A stretch of DNA of 64,000 bases from an uncultured Chromatiales bacterium (GTDB taxonomy: Bacteria > Bacteroidota > Ignavibacteria > SZUA-365): the NCBI GenBank assembly GCA_964635845.1, contig CAZWNO010000002.1:44901-108900 (forward strand), written 5' to 3'. The position numbers and the translations under genes are program-made. Under the pieces are notes generated by a model, which made no database searches, was not told where the DNA came from, and worked only from the letters and a program-made list of their open reading frames with translations. Positions 40,857-49,672 of this stretch are shown here, in pieces (the stretch's first letter is position 1; the number at the start of each line of letters is the position of its first letter).

Positions 40857-40928
40857 GCGTGTTTTCCAGAGGCAGTGCCGAACGGTATGGCCATCCTGCA
40901 CTGCTTCATGTCAGAGGAATCGGAATGC

Positions 40929-43058
40929 TCAGCCGACACCAAGTTCCCGGAGAAGAAAATCCGCTTTTCCGAGATACCTGGCGACGAACAGCACGTAGCG
41001 GATGTCGGCGCCGATGCTGCGGCTGTAGTCCTCGCTCCACTGGTAGTCGTTGACGGTGGCTTCGTAGGCGCGGTCGAAGTTCACGCCGACCAGCTCGCCG
41101 CGCGCATTGAGCACCGGACTGCCGGAATTGCCACCCGTGGTGTCCATGTTGTAGAGCATCGCGACAGGAACGTCTTCGAGCAGGGCATCTTCGTAGCTCT
41201 TGTCGTAGTTCCGTGTGTTGTAGAGTTCCACGAGCTGCGATGGCGCGTTGAACGGTTCCACGCCGGAGTTTTTCTCGATGAGCCCGCGAAGCGTGGTCTG
41301 CGGTTTGAAGTATGTGGCATCGGCCGGGGCGTAACCGCGGATATAACCATAGGTCAGCCGCAGCGTGCTGTTGGCGTCGGGAATGAAATCCTTTTTCTGC
41401 CATGCCATTTTCGCATCGATGAATTCGGCTTCGAGTCGTTTGAGTTCGCCGTCGCGGGATCGGCGCCGCGCGATGATCTGCTCGTTGATCGCGTTGAGAT
41501 CGCGCGCGAGCACGACGAAGGGATCCTTGCTCGCGGCGAGCGTCTCCCTGCTCCACCCGGCGATCACGTTGATGCCCGCATGCGACGCGATGGCGCTCTT
41601 CTGAAACGCCTCGCGCACGCGGATGACGGCCGTCGCGCGGTCCGCATCCTTGCCGATGAGCGCGGGAAGCGAGGCCGGCTTCTGCGTGGCGGGCAGTTTC
41701 GAGAAGTCATGCAGCAGCGTGGCGAGGAATTCGAGTTCCGTGCCCTGGTGAATCTGGCCGTACTGCGCTTCGATGAACTGCTGCATGCGTACCGCCTTGT
41801 CCCCGGTGACATCCCCTTTTTCCACGGACTTCATGACGGAGGCGAGCATCGAGATGTAATGGTTGCGTGCGATCTGTGTGGCGATGATCTCCTGCAGCGC
41901 CGTCGCCTCGTACTCTGCGTAGACACCGCGCAGTTCGGCCTGTGTTCTGCTGAATTTCGCACGGAGTTCCGGTGTGCTCTCGATATGCTGTTGCAGCGCG
42001 GCTTCCTCGGCGCGGCGCTTGTCGACCAATCCGAGGCGGCGCAGTCCCTGCAGCTTGCCCTTGTAGTTCTTTGTTGCGTTGGCGAGCCCCTTCGTAAGAT
42101 CGGCGAACGCCAGCTGCAGCGTGCGATCGCCTTCCGAGGCCTTGTCCAGGGTCTCGATCATATAGTCATAGCGCGCGGAGAGGTACGGCAGAATGACATT
42201 CTGATAGAGCGCGATATAGTCCGATGTCTTGTGCCTGTAAGTGCGTCCGGGATAGCCGAGAATGAACACGAAATCACCTTCGCTCACTCCCTTCGGCGCG
42301 ACCTTGATATGGCGCTTGGGCTTGTACGGTACGTTTTCCTTCGCATACGTGGAGGTTTTCCCGTCGGGAGCGACGTAGGCGCGAAGGAAGGAGAAGTCCC
42401 CTGTGTGCCGCGGCCAGACCCAGTTGTCGATCTCGCCGCCGAAGTTGCCCACGGCGAGCGGCGGCACGTACACCAGGCGGACGTCGAGGATGATGCGATA
42501 GGTGAAGAGGACATAGCTCTTGCCGGGAAACATCTCCGAGACTTCACAGGAGATATTCTCGCGGCCCGCTTCCTCGTCCTTCGCCAGCTTCTTCATCTGC
42601 TCCTGTATCGCGTCGCTGCGCTGTGCGGGAGTCATGCCGGCGGTGACCACGCCGAGCACTTCTTTCGACACGTCGCGATACGCCTCGGTGATCCGACAGT
42701 TGTATCCGCGCGCGGGGAGTTCCTCGTCGCGCGTGGCGGCGGTGAAACCGTTTCGGAGGTAGTCATGCTCCGGCGTGCTTGCGTCGGTGACGCCGCTGAA
42801 GGCAATGTGATGGTTGGTGAGTATCAGGCCGTCCGCGGAGACGAATTCTCCCGTGCCGCCTCCCACCTGGCAGATGGCGTCGACGAGGCTGACGCCGTCG
42901 GGATTATATATTTCGGATGCATCGATCTGCAATCCTTTGGCCTTGAGGTCGATGCGTGCGATCTCGCTCAGAGGGTACATACCCTCGTCAGCGGTGAGTC
43001 CGACGACCAGGAAAAGGGATAACGCGACGAGAGTGGCCAGGCGAACGGTGCGGAACAT
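40929..43058 (-). CDS. S46 family dipeptidyl-peptidase (DPP7/DPP11-like), secreted
   Basis: Signal peptide MFRTVRLATLVALSLFLVVG. N-terminal GGTGEFVSADGLILTNHHIAF (catalytic His region) and C-terminal GGNSGSPVLNARGELVGVNFD (catalytic Ser) of S46. Confidence 0.85.
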   Translation of the reverse strand: MFRTVRLATLVALSLFLVVGLTADEGMYPLSEIARIDLKAKGLQIDASEIYNPDGVSLVDAICQVGGGTGEFVSADGLILTNHHIAFSGVTDASTPEHDYLRNGFTAATRDEELPARGYNCRITEAYRDVSKEVLGVVTAGMTPAQRSDAIQEQMKKLAKDEEAGRENISCEVSEMFPGKSYVLFTYRIILDVRLVYVPPLAVGNFGGEIDNWVWPRHTGDFSFLRAYVAPDGKTSTYAKENVPYKPKRHIKVAPKGVSEGDFVFILGYPGRTYRHKTSDYIALYQNVILPYLSARYDYMIETLDKASEGDRTLQLAFADLTKGLANATKNYKGKLQGLRRLGLVDKRRAEEAALQQHIESTPELRAKFSRTQAELRGVYAEYEATALQEIIATQIARNHYISMLASVMKSVEKGDVTGDKAVRMQQFIEAQYGQIHQGTELEFLATLLHDFSKLPATQKPASLPALIGKDADRATAVIRVREAFQKSAIASHAGINVIAGWSRETLAASKDPFVVLARDLNAINEQIIARRRSRDGELKRLEAEFIDAKMAWQKKDFIPDANSTLRLTYGYIRGYAPADATYFKPQTTLRGLIEKNSGVEPFNAPSQLVELYNTRNYDKSYEDALLEDVPVAMLYNMDTTGGNSGSPVLNARGELVGVNFDRAYEATVNDYQWSEDYSRSIGADIRYVLFVARYLGKADFLLRELGVG

Positions 43059-43242
43059 TGTGCGAAGCCTCCGATGATAATCACATTTGAACGTGCTGCC
43101 GCGGGGCATGCATCGTTCAAGATAAGGAAAAAGCGAGAGCGGCGAAAAGATGCGGGTGCATGCCCCGCATGAATGGCACGGAATCACGATTTCCGTTATT
43201 TTTCAATTGACGCAGCACCTACATACAATGCCGGGATCACAG

Positions 43243-45066
43243 ATGACGAAGCACCTTTCCATCACATCGATTGTCTTTCTGAACGTACTATTCTTTCTCG
43301 CGGCACTGCTCCCGGCCCAGACTGTCGTCGACACAACGCTCGTGATGAGCGACGGCGTACGGATCGACGCGCTATACGCACTGCCCGTCACACCTGCACC
43401 GCCCGGCGGTTATCCCGCCATCGTGCTGGTGCATGGTTTCGCCGGCTCGAAGAATAACAACCGATCACTCGCGCTCGATTTCGCCCGCGAAGGTTACGCG
43501 GCCACGGCGTACAGCGTGCGCGGCCAGGGCGCCTCCGAAGGATTGTTCGAGTTCTTCACCGCGCCCCGCGTGCTCGACGACCTGCGCGAGAATATCCGCT
43601 TCACCATGCAGCTGCGGGGCAGAATCAATCCGGAGCGTGTGGCGGTCCTCGGCGCGTCGCAGGGAGGACTGCATGCATGGAATGCCGCAGCCTATGGCAT
43701 GGGTGCGCGCTGCGTCGTGTCGATCATCGCCAACGGTCGCGCGGAGGAGAACTGGCTCGAGAATGGCGCGCTGAACTGGACTTTCACCGCCGCGACGATG
43801 ACTCCCAACGTGCGCTTCGAGCCCGCGGTGACCGCGCTCCTGCAGCAGGCGCGCGCGAGCGGTGATTTCGGCTCGATCCAATCCTATCTTCGCGATCACT
43901 CGACGAACTCCCTCGAGAGCGGAGTCACGACCCCGACGCTGATCCTCGTCAGCTATCGCGACGGCTTCTTCAACCAGAACGCGGCGCTGCGTCAGCTCCA
44001 CGGTGTGACCGCGCCCAGGCGCATCGTGCTGTATCCGGGGGGACACGAACTCCCGCCCGATGCCCAACAGGAGGGGTACGTCATGGACGTCCTGTACCGC
44101 TGGCTGGACTACTGGCTGAAGGATGAGACCGCCCTGGCGTCCGTGGCATCGCCCGACAGCACGGTGGTGTTCTTCGACGGCGGCACGGGGGCACGTCGCA
44201 TGTATGCCGGCCAGCAATCGGAGCGATGGCTTCTCCCGGGCGATCCGCCGCCGCAGGGGATGAAACTGCTCGATCTGTACTTCGATGAAGCGGGAATCAC
44301 TCTGCAGCCTCCGCCGAACCGCAGCGAACGCGTGATCACATATATCAACGTGCTGGGCTCCACGCCGATTTCCTTCCGGACTGCGCCGATGTCACGGGAT
44401 CTCACCGTCCTGCCGCCTGCGGGGAAAGCACAGCTCCGCGTGCGGGCGACAGGAGAGCAGTATCAGATGAATGTGCTGCTCTATGACGTCGATCCCTCCG
44501 CGGGCACCCGGATCCCGATGAATCGCGGTCATTCGCAGTCGGCGGATCCGAATACCGAGCGCACCATGGATTTCGATCTGACGAGCATCCTGCACACCGT
44601 CAGAGCGGGACATGTCATCGAAGTGCTCGTGCACGGCGGCACCGCCCTGATCCCCGACCAGTCGAGCAATTTCGGGAACGTCGTGCTCGGTCCTGTACAT
44701 CCTTCGCTCAACACCTTCTTCATCGGAGGCGAGAATCCCTCGCGCATTTCCCTGTACGTCGAGGACGAAAGCACGGTCGCGGTCGCACCGCTCGGTGAGA
44801 CAGAGCACATGCGGCTCTATCCTTCGTGGCCGAATCCCGTCGACGACCACGCGACACTTTCGTTCGCACTGGACGAGGCCATGCCCGTGCGGCTGTCGGT
44901 ACATGACAGCATGGGGAGAGAGATTGCGGTGCCCGTGGAAGGATTCATGGAGGGGGGGCGGCACAGTGCGACGATGTCCGGAGCGGAGCTGCCGAACGGA
45001 TTGTACATCTACAGGCTGACGGCTGCGGGAGAAGTGTCACACGGAAAATTTATCATCAGGCATTGA
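43243..45066 (+). CDS. alpha/beta hydrolase of the CocE/NonD (S15 X-Pro dipeptidyl-peptidase-like) type with a C-terminal T9SS-type sorting domain
   Basis: Signal peptide. VLVHGFAGSK..LGASQGG nucleophile elbow. C-terminal beta-sandwich. Tail LYPSWPNPVDDHATLSF..VHDSMGREI..LPNGLYIYRL. Confidence 0.72.
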   Translation: MTKHLSITSIVFLNVLFFLAALLPAQTVVDTTLVMSDGVRIDALYALPVTPAPPGGYPAIVLVHGFAGSKNNNRSLALDFAREGYAATAYSVRGQGASEGLFEFFTAPRVLDDLRENIRFTMQLRGRINPERVAVLGASQGGLHAWNAAAYGMGARCVVSIIANGRAEENWLENGALNWTFTAATMTPNVRFEPAVTALLQQARASGDFGSIQSYLRDHSTNSLESGVTTPTLILVSYRDGFFNQNAALRQLHGVTAPRRIVLYPGGHELPPDAQQEGYVMDVLYRWLDYWLKDETALASVASPDSTVVFFDGGTGARRMYAGQQSERWLLPGDPPPQGMKLLDLYFDEAGITLQPPPNRSERVITYINVLGSTPISFRTAPMSRDLTVLPPAGKAQLRVRATGEQYQMNVLLYDVDPSAGTRIPMNRGHSQSADPNTERTMDFDLTSILHTVRAGHVIEVLVHGGTALIPDQSSNFGNVVLGPVHPSLNTFFIGGENPSRISLYVEDESTVAVAPLGETEHMRLYPSWPNPVDDHATLSFALDEAMPVRLSVHDSMGREIAVPVEGFMEGGRHSATMSGAELPNGLYIYRLTAAGEVSHGKFIIRH

Positions 45067-45071
45067 AAAGG

Positions 45072-45107
45072 CGAAGGACGGATGCCTGAATCCGTCCTTC
45101 GTGTTTT
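45072..45107. terminator. hairpin between convergent genes (CGAAGGACGGA-tgcctgaa-TCCGTCCTTCG + tgtttt)
   Basis: 11-bp perfect stem plus T-rich tail. Confidence 0.5.
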
Positions 45108-45122
45108 CCATGGTACCGGATG

Positions 45123-46811
45123 CTAGTTGACGAACTGCGCTGCGTAGTGCTTCGCGGTGAGTTTTTCGCCCGTGGCGTTTTCGATCATGTCGTTCCAGAG
45201 CAGTGTGCGGCCGGGCTTGAAGACATTGTCGATGAGGAAGGTCCCCACCTCGGTGCGGCCGACATAGGCTTCGCGGCGCGGATCCTCCGATTTCAGAATC
45301 TTGCCGCAGATATGGGCATGCAGCTGCGACGCGAGCAGTTCTCCCATCAGGTAGTTGTGATAGTAGGCGGGATACAGGGCGACATGAATCTTCGACGCCC
45401 AGTCGGGATTGCTGCGTCCCGCGGGTTTCCGGATCATCTGGTATTTTTCCACCAGCTGCCACCAGAGCGCGTCGAGGTCCTGATCGGGATTTTCGTACAG
45501 GGCTTTTTCAAAGCGATACATCACCTGCGCCCAGCGGCTGAATACCAGCTGTTCCAGACGCAGGGATTTGAACATCAGTTCGGCCGCCTCTTCCGCCCGA
45601 TTGCCAGGTACACCCGCGATCCGCGTCAACCAGACGGGATTGCTCGCGAGGCGCCCGAAGAGCATCGCGATCGCCTCGGTCGTAAACGTGTGCGCCGGTT
45701 CGCGCAGCGTCCACGGCACGCTGCGATCGTTGAATTTGTCGTAGACCGCGTGGCCGTATTCGTGCAGCGTCGTGTTCATCCAGTTGTATGTCGGCTTGAT
45801 ATTGCAGACCACCCGCACGTCACCTTGCCGGTCGATGTCCGTGCAGTACGCATGCTGGTACTTCCCTTCCTTTTCGAAGAGATCGCTCTTCTCCACGAGA
45901 TCGTCGATCGGGAGCCCGAGGCCTGCGTAGTACTTCTTCGCCAGCGCGACGATGTCCGTTTCTTTATAGAAGACATCGAGGTCTGTTTCGTAGATTTTCG
46001 GCGCCTCCTGGAAAAAACGGTTCTGGTAATGCCACGGCATCAGATCTTCGACCGCGATGCCGCAGCGTTTGGCGAGCACGACGTCCATCTCCGCCTTCAG
46101 CTGCGCGAAGCTGCCGGCGGTCAGTTCGTCGAGTTCGTCGAACAGCGCCGCGATCTGCTCGGGGTCCTGTTCGCTCAGTTCCAGTTTCATCGCGTGGAAA
46201 TTGGCGAAGCCGAGTTCCCGCGCGGCGCTGTTGCGCAGGCGCACGAGCCTGAGCACCTCCGGCGCGGCGATGCGCCCGATTTCCTTGCTCGCCTTCCACG
46301 CGGCCTCGAGTTCGGTGCTCCTGGTCGACGTACGCAGGATCTCCTCGATTTCGTTGTCGGTCAGCGTCTTGCCGTTCACCACGGCGCGGAAGGTCGAGAA
46401 TTTCTTTTCGTTTTCGTTCTGGAGGCGTATCATCTCCTCCAATTTCCGCTCGTCGATCTGCCGTTCGACATACTCGAAGTACAGTACGTTGAGCTGCCGA
46501 TTCAGGATGGGATCGGTCAGGACCTTCGCGTCGCGGATGCGCTTGAGAAGCTTGAAATCAGTCTTGTTCGCATAGATCTTCGTCAGTTCCACTTCAAGAT
46601 CGGCCGCAAGCGTGTAGTCTTCTGCTTTCCCTGAAATGGTGGCGTTGAAATAGGCGAGCGCCGCTTTCTCGCTCAGCGGAATTGCCTTGCTCTCGTATTT
46701 CTTTAGAAAAGTTCTGAATTCCTCGGTCATACGTTCCTTCTCCGATGTTCCGCAAGACATGAGCAAACCAAGAAAGGCAAGAGCGGGCAGAATAATGCGC
46801 AGTCGATACAT
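45123..46811 (-). CDS. M2 family (angiotensin-converting-enzyme-like) peptidyl-dipeptidase lipoprotein
   Basis: Lipobox LLMSCG. HEYGHAVYDKF..WTLREPAHTFTTEAIAMLFG parallels the ACE HEMGH..LRE..HEAIGD zinc site. ACE-like ..NATISG.. near the N-terminus. GGAGG 4 nt upstream of the ATG. Confidence 0.75.
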   Translation of the reverse strand: MYRLRIILPALAFLGLLMSCGTSEKERMTEEFRTFLKKYESKAIPLSEKAALAYFNATISGKAEDYTLAADLEVELTKIYANKTDFKLLKRIRDAKVLTDPILNRQLNVLYFEYVERQIDERKLEEMIRLQNENEKKFSTFRAVVNGKTLTDNEIEEILRTSTRSTELEAAWKASKEIGRIAAPEVLRLVRLRNSAARELGFANFHAMKLELSEQDPEQIAALFDELDELTAGSFAQLKAEMDVVLAKRCGIAVEDLMPWHYQNRFFQEAPKIYETDLDVFYKETDIVALAKKYYAGLGLPIDDLVEKSDLFEKEGKYQHAYCTDIDRQGDVRVVCNIKPTYNWMNTTLHEYGHAVYDKFNDRSVPWTLREPAHTFTTEAIAMLFGRLASNPVWLTRIAGVPGNRAEEAAELMFKSLRLEQLVFSRWAQVMYRFEKALYENPDQDLDALWWQLVEKYQMIRKPAGRSNPDWASKIHVALYPAYYHNYLMGELLASQLHAHICGKILKSEDPRREAYVGRTEVGTFLIDNVFKPGRTLLWNDMIENATGEKLTAKHYAAQFVN

Positions 46812-47119
46812 GAAACCTCCGGTAATGATCAGCGCCGGGTTGCGGTTGACGCGTAAATTACCATGTTCACGCGTAAATTCCGATTCCCTGCTGCCCTCCT
46901 CCAGGCCGTCTGCAGCGATTTTCCGGTCCGCGGCCTCCGAAGTCCCGACAACCTGCAGCGGTTCTCCGGTCCGTGGCTTCCGATGTCCCGATGGCCCGCC
47001 AATTGCCTGTCGCTTGGCTGTAACCTTCACTATATTGAGGTGTTATTATGAACGTGTGCTGTTTTACATACGTTCATTGAATGGATCACTGATACCGAGT
47101 ACCTGGAATCGCCGCCGCA

Positions 47120-47683
47120 ATGTCCGGAAACAAAACAGATAGCATCCCGGACGCTGAACTGTTTTACCGACTGTCTGGTGAAAAAGAGATAGCGGAAGCA
47201 GCCTTCACGGAGCTCTATGCCCGCTACGGAGGCCGGGTGTTCGCATACTGTCTGCGCTTTCTGGGTCATCGCGACGAAGCGTTGGACGTGTATCAGGAGA
47301 CATTCATCCGCTTTTTCGAAAGCGCGAAGAAACGGCGTGAAATGACGAACGTACCGGGCTACCTTCTGAAAATCGCCCGGAATCTCTGCCTCAACTGCAA
47401 GAGAAACAAGAAACAGACCGTGGAATTCGAGGATTACCAATCCCTCGTGCTCCCCTCGACAACCGAGAAAACCGAATTTCTGCAGCTTATCACGACGGCG
47501 ATGGAGATGCTGCCCGACGAGTATCGCGAGGTGTTTGTCCTTCGGGAATACGAAGGTCTCAGCTATGCGGAAATCGCGGAAATCGTTGATGAGTCCCTCT
47601 CGAACGTGAAAGTTCGCATTTTTCGCGCAAAGCAGAAAATACGCGGCATTCTGGCCCCTTATATAGCGGAATTCAGTGAATGA
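47120..47683 (+). CDS. ECF (sigma-70 family, group 4) RNA polymerase sigma factor
   Basis: Sigma-2 region (LDVYQETFIRFF) and sigma-4 region (LSYAEIAEIVDESLSNVKVRIFRAKQKIR). Confidence 0.85.
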   Translation: MSGNKTDSIPDAELFYRLSGEKEIAEAAFTELYARYGGRVFAYCLRFLGHRDEALDVYQETFIRFFESAKKRREMTNVPGYLLKIARNLCLNCKRNKKQTVEFEDYQSLVLPSTTEKTEFLQLITTAMEMLPDEYREVFVLREYEGLSYAEIAEIVDESLSNVKVRIFRAKQKIRGILAPYIAEFSE

Positions 47684-47712
47684 GCACAAATGACCTGTCA
47701 GGATAGACGACG

Positions 47713-48876
47713 ATGAGCAACCAACACGAGTACATGGATTCGCGAATGCTGCATGCATTCATGGACGGAGAGCTGGGAGGCGCCCAGGAAGAGGTGCTGT
47801 TCCTGAAACTCTCCTCCGATGCGGAACTGCGTTCAGAAATGCAGGATCACATCGCCATCCGGAAGGCGATACAGCACGACATCGAGTCATTCACACCGCC
47901 GGCATCGGCCACTGCTGCGATTTTTGCGACGCTTGGCTTCACCATTCCCGCTGCTACGGCCACCGCTGCATCCGCGGGGAGCAGCTCCGCCGGACTCGCC
48001 GGGCTGCGCGGCATGGGCTTCAGTGTGGGCTCGGCCATCCTGGCCACCGTCGCCGCAGTGCTGTTGTACATGCAGTTCCCCCTGCCGTTCGCAGCCTTCG
48101 ATCGCGTCGTGGAGCGGGTGGTGAGCACTCCGTCAGGTACGGTCGTGCTCGAGGAATCGGCACCGCTCGCCGACCTCCCCGTCGCTGCCGCGATGCGCAG
48201 CTCGGACCGTCTCAGGCATGCCGATATTCCGGTATTCGCGGCAGGAGTACCGGCCGCGGCGCCGGTGACTGTGGAACGTCGCGACGTGCGTCCGCGCGAC
48301 ATGGAACTTCTTGCGCAGGCGATGGAGTCAATGGACGCCCCCGACCATGTCCGGGCGGATCAGGTTCGATTCTTCGATCTCATCCCGGCTCCCGACGGCG
48401 TCACGCTGTATGCGCGCAACGTCGCGCTGCAGTCCGATCCGACACCGACGGTGGTGTCGCAATCCGATACATGGTTCAGCAACATGAACCTGGGCGTGCT
48501 CTATTCGATCGGCGAGCATCATTCAATCGGTATAGAAGGCGGAAGAGAGGCGTTCTCACAGCATTTTTCCGGATTTGAAAATGGCGTGCGCGTGCGGTAC
48601 GAGCAGAATCCCCTGACATACTGGGCGACGGCGGTATACCAGTATACGGGAGGTGCCCTGCTCCCGCACGTTCACCCATTTGCCCAGATTCAGGCCGGCG
48701 GCGCATTTCAGCTCGGCCCTCTCGCCCGCGCCACGCTCGGGCTCAAGCTCAAACCCTTTGATCGCATCGCCGTGGTGCTCGGCGCGGAAGGGAGCGTCCT
48801 GATGTACCGCTTCCAGAACAACTGGTTCAATACAAATAAACTGGGCCTGACCTACGGCGTCTCGTACGAGTTCTGA
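47713..48876 (+). CDS. anti-sigma-factor-like membrane protein with a C-terminal beta-barrel-like domain ending in ..YEF
   Basis: N-terminal HAFMDGEL anti-sigma motif. Starts 30 bp after the sigma gene. One TM-like segment (SVGSAILATVAAVLLYMQF). C-terminal roughly 180 aa with alternating hydrophobic beta-pattern and a terminal Phe. Confidence 0.5.
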   Translation: MSNQHEYMDSRMLHAFMDGELGGAQEEVLFLKLSSDAELRSEMQDHIAIRKAIQHDIESFTPPASATAAIFATLGFTIPAATATAASAGSSSAGLAGLRGMGFSVGSAILATVAAVLLYMQFPLPFAAFDRVVERVVSTPSGTVVLEESAPLADLPVAAAMRSSDRLRHADIPVFAAGVPAAAPVTVERRDVRPRDMELLAQAMESMDAPDHVRADQVRFFDLIPAPDGVTLYARNVALQSDPTPTVVSQSDTWFSNMNLGVLYSIGEHHSIGIEGGREAFSQHFSGFENGVRVRYEQNPLTYWATAVYQYTGGALLPHVHPFAQIQAGGAFQLGPLARATLGLKLKPFDRIAVVLGAEGSVLMYRFQNNWFNTNKLGLTYGVSYEF

Positions 48877-48879
48877 TAC

Positions 48880-49623
48880 ATGCAGAGTACACGCGCCATT
48901 GCGTTCGCTTCGCTCGCGGTGCTGATTGCGCTCGTTTTCGGCGCCTGCGACTCGCCCCTCGACGTGGAAACGCCGCGCAATCGTCTGGTCGACCGTGTGT
49001 CCATCCCGCTCTCTGACGATATCGGGAGCGCCGTATCCGTGGTGCTGCCGCCGGACACGTCGAGCGAGGATACGACCGCACTGAGCGTGCATTTCTCCGT
49101 GGCGCTCGTCGTTGACGCGAGCGGCAGTATCTCGGCGCAGACCGCGCTCGCATTCCGTGACGGCTGCCACGCCGTACTCGATTCGCTCGATGGGGAGAAG
49201 GACGAGGGCGTGGTGGTTTTCTTCACGCAGACGGCAACGATCGCCCAGCATCTGACCTCGCAGGTCTCGCTTCTGCGCAGCGCCGTCGACGGCATCCCCA
49301 CAGACGGCGCGACTGCCATGTGGGACGGTATCTACAAGGCGATGCTCGAACTGCAGTCGAAAGCCACGCATACGCACCGCGCGGTGATCGTCATCACCGA
49401 CAGTGACGACAACTCCAGCACAACGGGCACGCCGGCCAAGATCACCACACTTGGACAGAGCGCGAAAATTCCCGTATTTTCAATTGCTCTTCGCTCGACA
49501 AGCCAGGAAGTGGTGCTACGCGGCATCGCGCTGGCGACAGGCGGACAGCATTTTCCGCAGCCGTTCCTCTCGCAGATCGACGAGATCTGCCGGGGAATCG
49601 CGCACGAGCTGAAAACCCCATGA
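48880..49623 (+). CDS. VWA (von Willebrand factor A) domain lipoprotein
   Basis: Lipobox LVFGAC. MIDAS-like DxSxS (VDASGSIS). ..VVITDSDDNSS.. VWA core. Confidence 0.7.
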   Translation: MQSTRAIAFASLAVLIALVFGACDSPLDVETPRNRLVDRVSIPLSDDIGSAVSVVLPPDTSSEDTTALSVHFSVALVVDASGSISAQTALAFRDGCHAVLDSLDGEKDEGVVVFFTQTATIAQHLTSQVSLLRSAVDGIPTDGATAMWDGIYKAMLELQSKATHTHRAVIVITDSDDNSSTTGTPAKITTLGQSAKIPVFSIALRSTSQEVVLRGIALATGGQHFPQPFLSQIDEICRGIAHELKTP

Positions 49624-49672
49624 CCACAACATATCATCATCGAACAAATGAGGGCATTCAGAGGAGGCAGGT

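Noticed and set aside
40725-43022. 765-aa plus-strand ORF
   Set aside because: It is antisense to the S46 peptidase, which carries unambiguous DPP7-family catalytic motifs. Its product is low complexity.
45120-46634. 504-aa plus-strand ORF
   Set aside because: It is antisense to the ACE-like M2 peptidase, whose zinc site aligns convincingly.
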